In this document: positions 10,208 to 23,150 of the stretch, in pieces
Layout of the letters: every line of letters starts with the position of its first letter
Position numbering within the stretch: position 1 is the stretch's first letter
From: an uncultured cyanobacterium
GTDB lineage: Bacteria; Cyanobacteriota; Cyanobacteriia; Cyanobacteriales; Cyanobacteriaceae
DNA: 64,000 bases
Direction of reading: 5' to 3'
Assembly (NCBI GenBank): GCA_963749915.1
Contig: CAVVOP010000005.1
Coordinates: forward strand, 256,001-320,000
Made by a program: the position numbers and the translations under genes
Notes under the pieces: generated by a model
Database searches by the model: none
What the model was told of the DNA's origin: nothing
Seen by the model: only the letters and a program-made list of their open reading frames with translations

Positions 10208-10504
10208 GTGGCTAACTCAAAATCTGCACTCAAAAGAATCGCAATCAACGAGCGTAATCGTATGCGTAATAAGGCTTATAAATCTGCGGTTAAAACCCTA
10301 ATGAAAAAATATTTCCAGGCAGTAGAGGCTTATGTTTCTTCTCCTAGTGAAGAACAGTTACAAACCGTACAAAGTTCCATGTCTATGGCTTATAGCAAAA
10401 TTGACAAAGCCGTAAAAACAGGGGTTTACCATAAAAATAACGCCGCTAGAAAAAAAGCTAGATTGGCTAAAGCCTTGAAAAACGTTGTACCTCAAGCCTC
10501 TTAA
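10208..10504 (+). CDS. rpsT: 30S ribosomal protein S20
   Basis: [10 protein letters not shown]...[22 protein letters not shown]. Confidence 0.98.
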   Translation: MANSKSALKRIAINERNRMRNKAYKSAVKTLMKKYFQAVEAYVSSPSEEQLQTVQSSMSMAYSKIDKAVKTGVYHKNNAARKKARLAKALKNVVPQAS

Positions 10505-10624
10505 GATGTCTTTAAAAGCAAAAACAAATTAGCGTTATGATAATTAGTCCCTAGACTTATATCTTTAAGCATGGAAATATAAATGATAACTTGATCATTT
10601 GTAATACTAAAATCACAAACAAGA

Positions 10625-11401
10625 ATGCAACTTATTGATACCCACGTTCATATAAACTTTGATCTGTTCAAAGGGGATTTGGATTCAGTATCTGCCCGTT
10701 GGCAGTCCGCAGGAATTAGTAAATTGGTTCACTCCTGTGTCCATCCTGACGAATTTGAAAGTATTAAACAGTTGTCTTTACAATTTCCTGAGTTGTATTG
10801 TGCCGTAGGCTTACATCCTTTAGACGTCCATAGATGGCAGGGAGAAAAAACCTACCAGCAAATTTTAGCATCTGCTAAATCTCATGGCAAAGTTGTTGCC
10901 ATTGGCGAAATGGGATTAGATTTCTATAAAGACGATCAACAAGAGCTACAAAAAGAAGTTTTTTGGCAACAGTTGACCATCGCACAGCAATTGAATAAAC
11001 CAGTGATTATTCACTGTAGGGATGCGGCTAGTACTCTACAAGGTATTTTGTGTAAATTTATCCACGAAAAGGGAAAAATAACAGGAGTAATGCACTGTTG
11101 GTCAGGAAATCCACAGCAAACCCAATGGTTTTTGGACCTAGGAATGTATATTAGTTTCAGCGGTATTGTTACTTTTAAAAGTGCCAAAATAGTACAGGCT
11201 AGTGCTGCTATAGTACCTAACGATCGCCTTTTAATTGAAACGGACTGTCCTTTTTTAGCACCGACACCTTATCGGGGTAAAAGAAACGAACCTGCTTATG
11301 TACTCAATGTGGCGGAAAAATTGGCTCAAATAAGGGGAGAATCATTGGCGACCATCGCCCGACAAACTTACGATAACGCCTGTAGATTGTTTAATATCTA
11401 A
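10625..11401 (+). CDS. tatD: TatD-family deoxyribonuclease
   Basis: [39 protein letters not shown]; conserved rpsT-tatD-rpoB order. Confidence 0.95.
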   Translation: MQLIDTHVHINFDLFKGDLDSVSARWQSAGISKLVHSCVHPDEFESIKQLSLQFPELYCAVGLHPLDVHRWQGEKTYQQILASAKSHGKVVAIGEMGLDFYKDDQQELQKEVFWQQLTIAQQLNKPVIIHCRDAASTLQGILCKFIHEKGKITGVMHCWSGNPQQTQWFLDLGMYISFSGIVTFKSAKIVQASAAIVPNDRLLIETDCPFLAPTPYRGKRNEPAYVLNVAEKLAQIRGESLATIARQTYDNACRLFNI

Positions 11402-11516
11402 TGGGGAATGGGGAATGGGCAGTGGTAAAGATTTTCAGTCTTTTAGCCCTTATAGTCCTCTTATTAACTCCGAACTTCTGAACTCTGAATTTATACGATA
11501 ATCAAATAACCGATAA

Positions 11517-14500
11517 TTGACAACTGATCCTATGAGAACCCAAGAACTGTTACCTGATTTAATCGAAATTCAACGCTCCAGCTATAAATGGTTTTTAGAG
11601 CATGGCATTATTGAAGAACTCAACAGTTTTACACCGATAACCGACTATGCCGGTAAACTAGAATTACACTTTATCGGGGAAAAATACCGACTCAAAGAGC
11701 CGAAATACTATATAGAAGAAGCAAAAAAAAGAGATGCCAGTTATTCCGTTCAAGTTTATGTCCCTACATTATTATTAAACAAAGAGACCGGAGAACGTAA
11801 AGAGCAAGAAGTCTTTATTGGTGACTTACCTTTGATGACCGATAGAGGTACATTCCTGATTAATGGTGCGGAAAGAGTCATTGTCAATCAAATCGTGCGA
11901 TCGCCAGGAGTTTATTTCAAATCAGAATTAGACAAAAATGGTAAAAGAACCTACTCCGCTTCTGTTATTCCCAACCGGGGTGCCTGGTTAAAGTTTGAAA
12001 CCGATAAACACGGCGTAGTGTGGGTAAGAATCGACAAAACTCGTAAAATTTCTGCCCAGGTGTTATTAAAAGCAATGGGATTGAGTGATCGAGAAATTAT
12101 GGATCGTCTCCGTCATCCAGATTTTTATCAAAAAACCCTCGAAAAAGAAGGTAATCCCACCACTGACGAGGCTTTAATGGAACTATACCGCAAATTACGT
12201 CCGGGTGAACCTCCTACCGTAAGCGGTGGTCAAGCATTATTAGAAACCCGTTTCTTTGACCCTAAACGCTACGATTTAGGTAAAGTTGGGCGCTATAAAA
12301 TGAACAAAAAACTGCGTCTTACCGTACCCTATAACCTAAGAGTTTTAACCGTAGAAGATATTTTATGTGTAGTTGATTATTTAATTAACCTTGAATTTGA
12401 TATTGGTAACGTTGATGACATTGATCATCTCGGTAATCGTCGGGTAAGAAGTGTAGGAGAATTGTTGCAGAATCAAGTTAGAGTCGGTTTATCCCGTTTA
12501 GAACGCATTATTCGGGAAAGAATGACCGTAGGAGATCCCAACACCCTTACCCCAGCTGCCCTAGTTAACCCTAAACCTCTAATAGCAGCCATTAAAGAGT
12601 TTTTCGGATCTTCTCAACTATCCCAGTTCATGGATCAAACTAACCCCTTAGCAGAATTGACCCATAAACGCCGCATTTCGGCATTGGGACCCGGTGGTTT
12701 AAGCCGAGATCGGGCTGGTTTTGCCGTGCGAGACATTCACCCTAGCCATTACGGAAGAATTTGTCCCGTAGAAACCCCGGAAGGACCAAATGCTGGTTTA
12801 ATCGGTTCATTAGCTACCTACGCCCGCGTTAACGAATATGGGTTTATTGCTACCCCCTACTATAAAGTCGAAAACGGTAAAGTACGTTGGGATTTACCCC
12901 CAGAATATTTAACGGCCGATGAAGAAGACGACAAAAGAGTAGCCCCAGGGGATTTATCCACCGACGAAAACGGCATTATTTTAGGAGAAAGTGTACCTAT
13001 TCGTTACCGTCAGGAATTTTCCACAACATCTCCCACTCAGGTTGATTATGTGGCTGTGTCCCCGGTACAAATCGTCTCCGTAGCAACCTCCATGATTCCT
13101 TTCTTAGAGCATGATGACGCTAACCGTGCGTTAATGGGATCTAACATGCAACGTCAAGCAGTACCCTTATTAAGGGCAGAACGCCCTCTTGTGGGCACTG
13201 GTTTAGAAGGTCAAGCTGCACGAGATTCAGGAATGGTAATTGTTTCCCGTGACTATGGTACGATTACCTACGCCGATGCTAAAACCATCAAACTCAAAAC
13301 CGATGATGATCGTGAAATTGTTTATAATCTTCAAAAATACGAGCGCTCGAACCAAGACACTTGTTTAAATCAAAATCCTTTAGTAGATGAAGGGGAAGAA
13401 GTCGTTCCCGGACAAGTGTTGGCAGATGGTTCAGCCACCGAAGGGGGAGAATTGGCTTTGGGGCAGAATATCACCGTCGCTTATATGCCTTGGGAGGGTT
13501 ACAATTATGAAGACGCTATTTTGATTAGTGAACGTTTGGTACAAGAGGATGTTTATACCACCATTCACATTGAAAAACACGAAATCGAAGCCCGTCAAAC
13601 AAAATTAGGTCCTGAAGAAATTACCCGTGAAATTCCCAACGTGGGAGAAGATTCCCTTTTGAACCTTGACGAACAGGGTATTATTCGGGTTGGTGCCTGG
13701 GTAGAATCCGGTGATATTCTAGTGGGTAAAGTTACTCCTAAAGGGGAATCGGATCAACCCCCAGAAGAAAAATTATTGCGAGCAATTTTTGGGGAAAAAG
13801 CCAGAGATGTCCGTGATAATTCCTTACGCTTACCTAACGGCGAAAAAGGACGGATTGTTTATGTCCGAGTCTTTACCCGTGAACAAGGGGACGAATTACC
13901 TCCCGGTGCAAATATGGTTGTAAGAGTTTATATCGCTCAAAAACGGAAAATTCAAGTAGGGGATAAAATGGCGGGGCGACACGGTAATAAAGGCATTATT
14001 TCCCGTATTTTGGCAAGGGAGGATATGCCTTATTGTCCTGATGGTAGTCCTGTTGACATTGTCCTTAATCCCTTGGGTGTACCGTCTCGCATGAACGTGG
14101 GTCAAGTATTTGAATGTTTGCTCGGTTGGGCCGGAGAACATTTAGGTTATCGTTTTAAAATGACTCCTTTTGACGAGATGTATGGAGAAGAAGCCTCCCG
14201 CAACACCGTTAACGATTTACTGCGACAAGCGGCGAAAAAACCCAATAAAGAGTGGGTATTTGACGAAAATAATCCAGGCAAAATCCAATTATATGATGGT
14301 CGTACTGGAGAACCTTTCGATCGTCCTGTAACGGTGGGCAAGGCCTATATGCTCAAATTAGTCCACTTAGTTGATGATAAGATCCACGCTCGTTCTACAG
14401 GTCCTTATTCTCTTGTAACTCAACAACCCCTCGGCGGTAAAGCTCAACAAGGAGGACAAAGATTCGGAGAAATGGAAGTATGGGCATTGGAGGCCTATGG

Positions 14501-14798
14501 GGCGGCTTATACTTTACAAGAGTTACTAACCGTCAAGTCCGATGATATGCAGGGCAGAAATGAAGCCTTAAATGCCATCGTCAAAGGTCGAGCGATTCCT
14601 CGTCCGGGTACTCCTGAATCCTTTAAGGTACTTTTGAGAGAATTACAATCCCTAGGATTGGATGTTTCTGTTCATAAAGTCTTAGATGGCAATGAAGAGG
14701 TCGAAATTAACCTAATGGATAGCGGAAACCGTACTCCAAAACGTCCTACTTACGAGAATCTGGCTAGTTTGGGTCAAGATGACGACGACGAATATTAA
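11517..14798 (+). CDS. rpoB: RNA polymerase beta subunit
   Basis: [30 protein letters not shown]. Confidence 0.99.
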   Translation: MTTDPMRTQELLPDLIEIQRSSYKWFLEHGIIEELNSFTPITDYAGKLELHFIGEKYRLKEPKYYIEEAKKRDASYSVQVYVPTLLLNKETGERKEQEVFIGDLPLMTDRGTFLINGAERVIVNQIVRSPGVYFKSELDKNGKRTYSASVIPNRGAWLKFETDKHGVVWVRIDKTRKISAQVLLKAMGLSDREIMDRLRHPDFYQKTLEKEGNPTTDEALMELYRKLRPGEPPTVSGGQALLETRFFDPKRYDLGKVGRYKMNKKLRLTVPYNLRVLTVEDILCVVDYLINLEFDIGNVDDIDHLGNRRVRSVGELLQNQVRVGLSRLERIIRERMTVGDPNTLTPAALVNPKPLIAAIKEFFGSSQLSQFMDQTNPLAELTHKRRISALGPGGLSRDRAGFAVRDIHPSHYGRICPVETPEGPNAGLIGSLATYARVNEYGFIATPYYKVENGKVRWDLPPEYLTADEEDDKRVAPGDLSTDENGIILGESVPIRYRQEFSTTSPTQVDYVAVSPVQIVSVATSMIPFLEHDDANRALMGSNMQRQAVPLLRAERPLVGTGLEGQAARDSGMVIVSRDYGTITYADAKTIKLKTDDDREIVYNLQKYERSNQDTCLNQNPLVDEGEEVVPGQVLADGSATEGGELALGQNITVAYMPWEGYNYEDAILISERLVQEDVYTTIHIEKHEIEARQTKLGPEEITREIPNVGEDSLLNLDEQGIIRVGAWVESGDILVGKVTPKGESDQPPEEKLLRAIFGEKARDVRDNSLRLPNGEKGRIVYVRVFTREQGDELPPGANMVVRVYIAQKRKIQVGDKMAGRHGNKGIISRILAREDMPYCPDGSPVDIVLNPLGVPSRMNVGQVFECLLGWAGEHLGYRFKMTPFDEMYGEEASRNTVNDLLRQAAKKPNKEWVFDENNPGKIQLYDGRTGEPFDRPVTVGKAYMLKLVHLVDDKIHARSTGPYSLVTQQPLGGKAQQGGQRFGEMEVWALEAYGAAYTLQELLTVKSDDMQGRNEALNAIVKGRAIPRPGTPESFKVLLRELQSLGLDVSVHKVLDGNEEVEINLMDSGNRTPKRPTYENLASLGQDDDDEY

Positions 14799-14926
14799 TT
14801 AGGAATAAGGAATGGGAAATTTAGAATTGAGAATTTAAAACTTAGAATTAATAAATTCTTCCCCCTCTCCTTCTCTTCCCCTTCTTTTCAGCATCAAGAA
14901 ATAAAATCAACTATCAACTAACAAAT

Positions 14927-17900
14927 ATGGCTACTGAGAAAAAAACCCAGACTTTTTATAATATCGTTATTGATAAAGGGGCACTAAAAAAACTGATTTC
15001 TAAAACTTTCACCGAATATGGATCTGCTCGTTGTTCCTCCGTTTGTGACAAACTCAAAACAATGGGTTTTCGTTATGCCACTCAAGCGGCAGTCTCTATC
15101 AGTGTTGAAGATTTGAAAGTGCCTGAAAGTAAAAAAGCCATGTTGGCCGAAGCGGAAGTTACTATTAAAAATACGATCAATCGCTATGCCAACGGCGAAA
15201 TTACTGAGGTTGAGCGTTTTCAAAAAGTAATTGATACCTGGAATGACACTTCAGAATCCCTTAAAGATGAGGTAGTGCGGAACTTCCGTCAATCTGATCC
15301 CCTCAATTCCGTCTATATGATGGCATTTTCTGGGGCCAGGGGGAATATTAGTCAAGTTCGTCAGTTGGTTGGTATGCGGGGCTTGATGGCTGATCCGCAA
15401 GGGGAAATTATCGATTTACCAATTAAAACCAATTTTCGTGAAGGATTAACTGTTACAGAATATATTATTTCTTCCTACGGTGCCAGAAAAGGCCTAGTGG
15501 ATACGGCATTACGCACTGCTGACTCTGGTTATTTAACCCGTCGTTTGGTGGATGTTTCTCAAGATGTAATTATTCGAGAAACTGACTGCGGTACAACAAA
15601 AGGGGTGACTGCTTTACCAATGAAAGACGGTGAAAGAGTTTTAATTCCTTTAGGTGACCGCCTTTTAGGTCGAGTTTTAGGAGAAGATGTAACAGATCCT
15701 AACACTGGGGAAATAATCGGTATTCGCAATCAAGCTATCGATGCTGATTTAGCCAAAGCCATTGGTAAGGCAGTGGATAAAGTAAAAGTCAGATCCCCTC
15801 TCACCTGTGAAACCGCCCGTTCTGTCTGTCAAAAATGTTATGGTTGGTCATTGGCCCACGGGGATTGGGTAAATATGGGTGAAGCTATCGGTATTATCTC
15901 TGCCCAGTCTATTGGTGAACCCGGTACTCAGTTAACCATGCGTACTTTTCACACTGGTGGGGTATTTACGGGAGAAGTGGCCCAACGTATTACCACCCCC
16001 AAAGCTGGTACGGTTAAATTTGATAAAAAACTCAAAGTCAGAGATACTCGAACCCGTCACGGGGATCAAAAGTTATTAGTAGAAATCTCTGGTAACATTC
16101 TTGTAGGAGAGACTAAGATTAATGTTCCTGCGGGTAGTTTATTAGCCGTCAGAGAAGGAGATATAGTCGTCGTTGATGATTTATTGGCGGAAGTAATGCC
16201 CCAAAAAACGAGATCTACGGAAAGAGTAACCAAAGATGTTTCCTCTGATTTGGCAGGAGAGGTTTATTTTGCCGATATTTCTCCCGAAAGTAAAACCGAT
16301 AGACAGGGCAACACGACCACCACTGTCACTCGTAATGGCTTAATTTGGGTGCTTTCAGGACAGGTTTATAATTTACCTCCGGGTGCTGAACCAGTAGTCA
16401 AAAACGGCGATAAAATTCAAGTGGGTTCAGTGTTGGCGGAAACTAAACTCAGAACCAAAAGCGGTGGTGTTTGTCGTTTTGAAGAGGGTAGTCGAGAAAT
16501 TGAGATTATCACGGCTTCTATCTCTTTAGATCAATCAGATGTTTACCTTGAACATAACGGCATTCAACAACAATATGTTATTCATACAGCCAAGGGCGAT
16601 CGCTTTGCCTTAAAAGTCGTCCCTGGCACCAAAGTCCAAAATAGTCAAGTGGTTGCGGAATTGATTGACGATACTTTCAGAACCAATACTGGTGGTATCA
16701 TGCGTTATGCCGGTTTAGAAACTGGACGCGGCAACCGTAAACAAGGCTATGAGGTCACAAAAGAAGGGACTTTAATTTGGATTCCTGAAGAAAGCCACGA
16801 AATCAATAAAGATATCTCTCTGTTGTTGGTTGAAGATGGTCAATATGTGGAAGCAGGGACAGAAGTAGTTAAAGATATTTTTTGTCAATCGAGCGGTATT
16901 ATTGAAGTCATCCAAAAAAATGACATTTTACGGGAAATCATCATTAAACCCGGACATTTATACATGGATTTAGATCCTGATTACTTAGCCACCATCGAAG
17001 ACGGTGCGATTATCCCTCCAGGTGCACAAATCCCATCGGGATCCGTCACAGAAGATGAATTTTTAGCTGAATTTGTCGATACTAACGAAGGTGTTGGTTT
17101 ATTATTACGCCCCATGAAACAGTATGAGATCTTTAATACCACTGAATCTCCCTCTCAAGAGTCTTTAAACACCGCAGGGGGGACAATCAATCTTCGTCCT
17201 GTATTGCGTATTTTCTTTAAAGATGGTGAGCGAGTTAAGAGTGTTGAAGGTGTGCAACTTGTCACCACTCAGTTAATGCTAGAAACAATAGGGGGGATGA
17301 GTGCCGATATTGAATTAATACCCCATGAAACAGAAGAAGATGGTTTTCGTCTGCAAATTGTGGTGTTAGAATCCGTGATGTTACGCAGAGAATTGGAAAC
17401 GGAAGCGAATATCATCACCCGTGTGTTAGTGGAGGATGGACAAGAAATTGCTCCGGGCGCTGTGGTGGGCACAACAGAAATTCTTTGTTTGGAAAACGGC
17501 ACTATTCAGGGGATTCGAGAAGGTTTAGAAGCTATTCGTCGTATCTTAATAGTCAGAGATGCTGATAACATTGACATTGAATTTGATGTTGATACAAAAT
17601 TACAGCAAAAAGTTGGGAACTATGTTACTCAAAGTGACTATTTAGACGTAGATAAACAAATACCTTTTCCCGAATCTGGGTTAATTACTCATATCAGCAA
17701 GGGAAAACTAATTTTGCGTTATGCTCGTCCTTATCGTGTATCTCCGGGGGCAATTCTTCACATCGAACAGGGAGACTTAGTACAACGGGGAGATAACCTA
17801 GTATTACTTGTATTTGAACGGTCAAAAACTGGGGATATTGTCCAAGGTTTGCCGAGAATCGAAGAATTATTAGAAGCTCGTAAACCCAAAGAACCTGCAC

Positions 17901-18850
17901 TTCTATCACGAAGACCGGGTTTTTGTCAGGTAGAATATCGAGATGATGAAGCTATCGACGTCAAGGTCATTGAGGATGATGGCACTATCTCTGAATATCC
18001 TATCAGTCAAAACCAAAATATTATCGTCAATGATAATCAACGGGTAGAAGTGGGAGAACCTTTAACAGACGGCTTACCTAGTCCCCACGAACTTTTAGAA
18101 GTGTTCTATGAATATTATCAAGAACACATGGGAATGTATGATGCGGCATTAGCGGCATTACAAAAAGCTCAATTATTTTTGGTCAATCAAGTACAAGGGG
18201 TTTATCAATCTCAAGGTATTGATATTTCTGATAAACACATTGAAGTAATTGTCCGTCAGATGACCTCTAAGGTAAGGGTTGATGATGGTGGTGATACTAT
18301 TCGCTTACCTGGTGAATTGGTAGAGTTACGGGAAATTGCCAAGGATAACGAAACCATGTCCATTACTGGTGGTGCACCTATACAATATACTCCTATGCTC
18401 ATGGGTATTACAAAATCTAGTTTAAACACCGATAGCTTTATTTCGGCAGCTAGTTTCCAAGAAACCACGAGAGTCTTGACAGAGGCGGCCATCGAAGGCA
18501 AATCCGATTGGTTACGAGGCTTAAAAGAAAATGTTATTATCGGTCGTTTGATTCCTGCTGGTACGGGTTACAATGCCTATGATCAACATCTCGACTGGGA
18601 TGATCCTGAATCTGATGTATCAAATGTGATTTCTTATAGTGATTCTTGGGAACAAGAGGAGAGTAATTCTTTATCCATGAGTGAAGTTGACGATGCCATT
18701 ATTGACGATCATGTAGCCAGAGTCTTGTCTCCCGATGAGACATTAGTCAGTGGTACATTAATTGATGATTATAGTGATCCTGATGATGATCCTGATGATG
18801 AGGATTTTGATTATGATCAAAATGACAATTACGACTACGATGAGGACTAG
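14927..18850 (+). CDS. rpoC2: RNA polymerase beta' subunit, cyanobacterial C-terminal part
   Basis: [41 protein letters not shown], large SI3 insertion, SAASFQETT. Confidence 0.99.
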   Translation: MATEKKTQTFYNIVIDKGALKKLISKTFTEYGSARCSSVCDKLKTMGFRYATQAAVSISVEDLKVPESKKAMLAEAEVTIKNTINRYANGEITEVERFQKVIDTWNDTSESLKDEVVRNFRQSDPLNSVYMMAFSGARGNISQVRQLVGMRGLMADPQGEIIDLPIKTNFREGLTVTEYIISSYGARKGLVDTALRTADSGYLTRRLVDVSQDVIIRETDCGTTKGVTALPMKDGERVLIPLGDRLLGRVLGEDVTDPNTGEIIGIRNQAIDADLAKAIGKAVDKVKVRSPLTCETARSVCQKCYGWSLAHGDWVNMGEAIGIISAQSIGEPGTQLTMRTFHTGGVFTGEVAQRITTPKAGTVKFDKKLKVRDTRTRHGDQKLLVEISGNILVGETKINVPAGSLLAVREGDIVVVDDLLAEVMPQKTRSTERVTKDVSSDLAGEVYFADISPESKTDRQGNTTTTVTRNGLIWVLSGQVYNLPPGAEPVVKNGDKIQVGSVLAETKLRTKSGGVCRFEEGSREIEIITASISLDQSDVYLEHNGIQQQYVIHTAKGDRFALKVVPGTKVQNSQVVAELIDDTFRTNTGGIMRYAGLETGRGNRKQGYEVTKEGTLIWIPEESHEINKDISLLLVEDGQYVEAGTEVVKDIFCQSSGIIEVIQKNDILREIIIKPGHLYMDLDPDYLATIEDGAIIPPGAQIPSGSVTEDEFLAEFVDTNEGVGLLLRPMKQYEIFNTTESPSQESLNTAGGTINLRPVLRIFFKDGERVKSVEGVQLVTTQLMLETIGGMSADIELIPHETEEDGFRLQIVVLESVMLRRELETEANIITRVLVEDGQEIAPGAVVGTTEILCLENGTIQGIREGLEAIRRILIVRDADNIDIEFDVDTKLQQKVGNYVTQSDYLDVDKQIPFPESGLITHISKGKLILRYARPYRVSPGAILHIEQGDLVQRGDNLVLLVFERSKTGDIVQGLPRIEELLEARKPKEPALLSRRPGFCQVEYRDDEAIDVKVIEDDGTISEYPISQNQNIIVNDNQRVEVGEPLTDGLPSPHELLEVFYEYYQEHMGMYDAALAALQKAQLFLVNQVQGVYQSQGIDISDKHIEVIVRQMTSKVRVDDGGDTIRLPGELVELREIAKDNETMSITGGAPIQYTPMLMGITKSSLNTDSFISAASFQETTRVLTEAAIEGKSDWLRGLKENVIIGRLIPAGTGYNAYDQHLDWDDPESDVSNVISYSDSWEQEESNSLSMSEVDDAIIDDHVARVLSPDETLVSGTLIDDYSDPDDDPDDEDFDYDQNDNYDYDED

Positions 18851-19015
18851 ATTTAAGTAATAATTAACAATTAACCCACTGTTCGCCTATTTTAGGTCGG
18901 GGTGGGAATAAATTACTATTTCATCTAATCGACAATCAATAAAATTATTAATTGTTCACTACTAATTGTCTTACTATGATATAATCTGAGAGATTTTAAC
19001 CCTATAAATTGAGTA

Positions 19016-20065
19016 ATGGCTGAGACACGCACAAAAATAGCAGTGGATGCAATGGGCGGAGATAACGCCCCTGATGAGATTGTTGCCGGTGCAATCCGTG
19101 CCGCGGCAGAACTTGAAGTCGATATACTATTGGTCGGTGATCCTGAAGCAATTCAGACACAAATAGAAAAACATGGTAACACTATCAACAATATCGAAAT
19201 TGTACCTGCTGATGGTGTTGTCTCTATGGATGAAGAAGCACTTGTGGGCGTTCGCCGAAAACCTAACGCCTCTATTAATGTAGCCATGAGTTTGGTTAAG
19301 AAAAAACGAGCACAGGGGGTTGTCTCTGCGGGACATTCTGGGGCTGCTATGGCTGCAGCTTTACTGGGATTAGGTCGCATTAAAGGGATAGATCGTCCTG
19401 CCATTGGGGCTGTATTCCCTACCATGTACGCCAATAAATCGGTAATTGTTCTTGATGTGGGTGCCAATGTCGATTGTCGGCCTAAATATTTAGAACAGTT
19501 CGCCCTCATGGGATCGATATATAGTAAATATGTTTTAGAGGTTGAGGATCCCAAAGTAGGTTTAGTAAATATTGGGGAGGAATCTAGCAAGGGTAACGAA
19601 TTGGCGAAAGAAACCTATAAATTATTAAGTAGTAACCCTAAAATTTCCTTTCTTGGTAATGCGGAAGGGAGGGATGTACTGTCAGGAGATTTTGATGTAA
19701 TTGTTTGTGATGGTTTTGTTGGTAATGTTCTCCTTAAATTTGCGGAAGCGGTGGGAGAAATCATGTTACAGATTATCAGGGAAGAATTGCCATTCGGGAT
19801 AAGAGGCAAAATCGGTACAGGGATTTTAAAACCTAACCTCAAGCGCATTAAACAAAGAATTGATCACGCTGAACATGGAGGGGCATTACTTCTTGGTGTA
19901 AATGGTGTTTGTATTGTCAGTCATGGTAGTTCTCAAGCTCCTTCGATTTTCAACGCCATTCGTATTGCCAAAGAGGCGATCGGTCATGATGTGTTAGGGA
20001 GAATACAACAAGATCAAAATCTGGACATGGAAAAAGAGTTAGCAGTTGACAGTTATGAGAACTGA
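19016..20065 (+). CDS. plsX: Phosphate acyltransferase
   Basis: IAVDAMGGDNAP, DVGANVDC, VCDGFVGN, HGSS. Confidence 0.97.
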   Translation: MAETRTKIAVDAMGGDNAPDEIVAGAIRAAAELEVDILLVGDPEAIQTQIEKHGNTINNIEIVPADGVVSMDEEALVGVRRKPNASINVAMSLVKKKRAQGVVSAGHSGAAMAAALLGLGRIKGIDRPAIGAVFPTMYANKSVIVLDVGANVDCRPKYLEQFALMGSIYSKYVLEVEDPKVGLVNIGEESSKGNELAKETYKLLSSNPKISFLGNAEGRDVLSGDFDVIVCDGFVGNVLLKFAEAVGEIMLQIIREELPFGIRGKIGTGILKPNLKRIKQRIDHAEHGGALLLGVNGVCIVSHGSSQAPSIFNAIRIAKEAIGHDVLGRIQQDQNLDMEKELAVDSYEN

Positions 20066-20167
20066 CCATTGATAATTGACAATCGTAGTTTTTACATAAA
20101 AAAAAGGAGTCAATATTAGTTAGTAGTTCACTGTTAATTAATTGTTCATTGTTAAAGGAGTAAATCA

Positions 20168-21169
20168 TTGGAGCAGGTTAAAAAAGGCGTTACTATTATT
20201 AGTAGTGGTTCGGCAACGGCTACCCAGGTGTTGGATAATCACGATTTAAGCAAAATAGTTGATACCTCAGATGATTGGATAAAAACCCGTACAGGTATCA
20301 GAAAACGCCATATTTCCTCTGTTAACTCTCTTAGTGATTTAGCTTCCCAAGCCGCTAAAAAAGCTATTCTTAACGCTGGTTTAACTTCGGCTGATATTGA
20401 TATGATCATTTTGGCAACTTCTACCCCCGATGATTTATTCGGTACTGCCAGTCAAATACAAGGGAAGATCGGTGCCATTAGGGCTGTCGCCTTTGATTTG
20501 ACCGCCGCCTGTTCTGGTTTTGTCTTTGCTTTGATTACGGCCAGTCAATTTATCCGTAATGGAGTCTATGAAAATATTGTCATTATCGGGGCAGATTGTT
20601 TATCCCGTTGGGTAGATTGGAGTGATAGAAATACTTGTGTTTTATTTGGTGATGGAGCTGGGGCTGTAGTCTGTCAAGCTAGTGAAGTTGGCGATCGCCT
20701 ATTAGGTTTTGAAATGTGTAGTAATGGGAAGCTAAACAGTGTTCTCAATTTAGCATATCAAGGGAAAGTAAAAAATATTGGTCATAATAAACAAATTACT
20801 CAGGGCCGATTTGGTAAAATTACGATGAATGGTAGGGAAGTTTATCGTTTTGCGGTGAATAAAGTCCCCGAAGTCATCGAAAAAGCCCTATTTAGAGCGG
20901 ATTTAACCACAGAACAAATAGACTGGCTAATTTTACACCAAGCGAACCAAAGAATTATCGAAGCCGTGGCCGAAAGATTAAGTATTCCCAGTTGGAAGGT
21001 AATTGCTAACCTCAGCGAATATGGTAACACCTCCGCCGCTTCTATTCCCCTCGCTTTGGATGAGGCCATCACCCACGGAAAAATTAGAAATGGTGATACT
21101 ATCATAACTTCTGGATTTGGTGCCGGTTTAACATGGGGTGCAGCAATTTTTCGATGGGGAAATTTTTAA
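20168..21169 (+). CDS. fabH: 3-oxoacyl-ACP synthase III
   Basis: AACSGF, HQAN, YGNTSAASIP. Confidence 0.97.
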   Translation: MEQVKKGVTIISSGSATATQVLDNHDLSKIVDTSDDWIKTRTGIRKRHISSVNSLSDLASQAAKKAILNAGLTSADIDMIILATSTPDDLFGTASQIQGKIGAIRAVAFDLTAACSGFVFALITASQFIRNGVYENIVIIGADCLSRWVDWSDRNTCVLFGDGAGAVVCQASEVGDRLLGFEMCSNGKLNSVLNLAYQGKVKNIGHNKQITQGRFGKITMNGREVYRFAVNKVPEVIEKALFRADLTTEQIDWLILHQANQRIIEAVAERLSIPSWKVIANLSEYGNTSAASIPLALDEAITHGKIRNGDTIITSGFGAGLTWGAAIFRWGNF

Positions 21170-21223
21170 CCATTGACAATTACTATCAAAAGAATTAAAA
21201 CCATTATTTGTTAACCTGCAATT

Positions 21224-23092
21224 ATGACAACTACCACAGCAGAAATTAGATGTGTCAATGGAAGATGTAAGGCCTTGAATCTTTTAGAAAATACATTTTG
21301 TCATAGTTGTCAAACCCCTCTGATTAAACGTTACTTGCGAATTGGGGGAACATTAACTAAAGAGTATCACAGAGGAGAATTAATAGAAAATCGTTTTTTT
21401 GTTTGTCTGCCCAATGTTGTCATTGACACAAAACCGGGTCTAATGCCCATTTTCCCCGAAAATGTCCCTGATGATATGACTGCTTATTTAAAACTTTTTT
21501 CCCATCGTTTACATATACCTCAAATTTACGGTTACATAGACAAACAATATTCTGCTTGCTTATTAGAATATGAAAGCATACCCCTTGATGATAAAGGGAA
21601 TTTAATCTATCCTCAGTTATTTCCGAATATTGAATTGAGTTTGTTTTCTGCTTCGGCTTTAAGACAGGTAAATTGGTTATGGCAGATGGTGCAATTGTGG
21701 AAACCTTTAGCCAAACAAAAAGTATTATCCAGTTTATTTTTAGGGAATAATATTAAAGTCGCCGGTGGAATCCTTAAGTTAATGGAATTAAAATTCGATC
21801 ATAATACTAACCCTAATTTACAAGATTTAGGAAATTTATGGGCAGATTGGTTTCCAAAATTAAACCCCTTAATTCAAGATATAATGGGGAAAATTATTTT
21901 ATCTTTGCAGCAAAATTTTTTTGATAAACCTGATCAAGTTTTAGGAATTTTCGATCAAGTTTTATATATTTTGGGTAATAGCTATTATCAAAGAAAATAT
22001 CAAATAATTACTGCAACTGATCCGGGTAAAAAAAGAGTTAACAATGAGGATTCTTGTTATCCCAACCCTAATAATCTTAAGAAGACTAGGTCAAGCTTAG
22101 AAACTTTAGCCATAGTTTGTGATGGTTTAGGAGGGCAAGATGACGGTGAAATTGCGTCTAATATGGCTATCAAAATTATCCAAAAGGAACTAGAAAATTC
22201 TTATAAAAAAACCTTAAAAGAAACCTTACAAAATAAACATTGGACTCCTTTAATTGATGCAGAAAAAATTTATAATGCTGTGTCTAAAGCTAATGATAAA
22301 ATTACCAACATTAACAATACTAAAAAACGTAAAGATAAAGAAAGAATGGGAACTACGACTGTCATCACGATGGCGATCGCCCATGAAATATATTTGGCTC
22401 ATGTGGGAGACTCCCGTATTTATTGGATTACAGAAAATAGTTGCCATCAAGTAACGTTAGATGATGATTTAGCCACAAGACAAGTACGATTAGGCCATAG
22501 TTTTTATCGAAAAGTGATCACAAATCCCCGAACAGGCTGTTTATTACAGGCTTTGGGTATGAATTATTCCAGTAGTTTAAAAGTCCATATTCGGCGATTT
22601 ATTTTGGATGAAAATTCCGTGTTCTTATTATGCTCCGATGGATTATCCGATTATAATCGAGTGGAACAATATTGGCAATCAGAAATATTACCGATCATAA
22701 AAGAAGAAATAAACATAGAAGAAGGGGTGAAAAAAATCCTTGATATAGGCATTAACAAAAATGGACATGATAACGTAACAATCGCATTGCTTCACTGTCA
22801 ATTAGAGGAAAAAAAACCTGATGATCATGAAGGGAAATTATCATGGCAATATTTGCAAAAAATAATCCCCGATTTACCTCAACCAAAAGGAGAAATTAGA
22901 TTAGATAAAGCGAAAAATGTTAAAAATAATTTTCTGACCAATACTCAATTTAACCAATCGAAAATAATCTTAATAATGGGCTTAATTGTCATGGTTTTGG
23001 GAATCCTATTCTGGCATCAAAATAAATCTTCCCAAAACAAATCTATGATTAATGACCAATTAGTCGTTAGGGCAATCAGTTTTGATCTGTAA
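21224..23092 (+). CDS. PP2C-family Ser/Thr phosphatase with N-terminal Zn-ribbon/kinase-like region and C-terminal membrane anchor
   Basis: NED, IVCDGLGG, MGTT, HVGDSRIY, LLCSDGL, GHDNVT; N-terminal CxxxxC..CxxC; C-terminal hydrophobic helix. Confidence 0.9.
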   Translation: MTTTTAEIRCVNGRCKALNLLENTFCHSCQTPLIKRYLRIGGTLTKEYHRGELIENRFFVCLPNVVIDTKPGLMPIFPENVPDDMTAYLKLFSHRLHIPQIYGYIDKQYSACLLEYESIPLDDKGNLIYPQLFPNIELSLFSASALRQVNWLWQMVQLWKPLAKQKVLSSLFLGNNIKVAGGILKLMELKFDHNTNPNLQDLGNLWADWFPKLNPLIQDIMGKIILSLQQNFFDKPDQVLGIFDQVLYILGNSYYQRKYQIITATDPGKKRVNNEDSCYPNPNNLKKTRSSLETLAIVCDGLGGQDDGEIASNMAIKIIQKELENSYKKTLKETLQNKHWTPLIDAEKIYNAVSKANDKITNINNTKKRKDKERMGTTTVITMAIAHEIYLAHVGDSRIYWITENSCHQVTLDDDLATRQVRLGHSFYRKVITNPRTGCLLQALGMNYSSSLKVHIRRFILDENSVFLLCSDGLSDYNRVEQYWQSEILPIIKEEINIEEGVKKILDIGINKNGHDNVTIALLHCQLEEKKPDDHEGKLSWQYLQKIIPDLPQPKGEIRLDKAKNVKNNFLTNTQFNQSKIILIMGLIVMVLGILFWHQNKSSQNKSMINDQLVVRAISFDL

Positions 23093-23150
23093 GATTTTGG
23101 TGAGACTAGAACATCAGTCCAGTCGAATGATTCTCAACCAAAGTTTGTTT

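Noticed and set aside
13896..21105. Antisense ORFs inside rpoB, rpoC2, plsX and fabH
   Set aside because: Shadow ORFs of conserved housekeeping genes.
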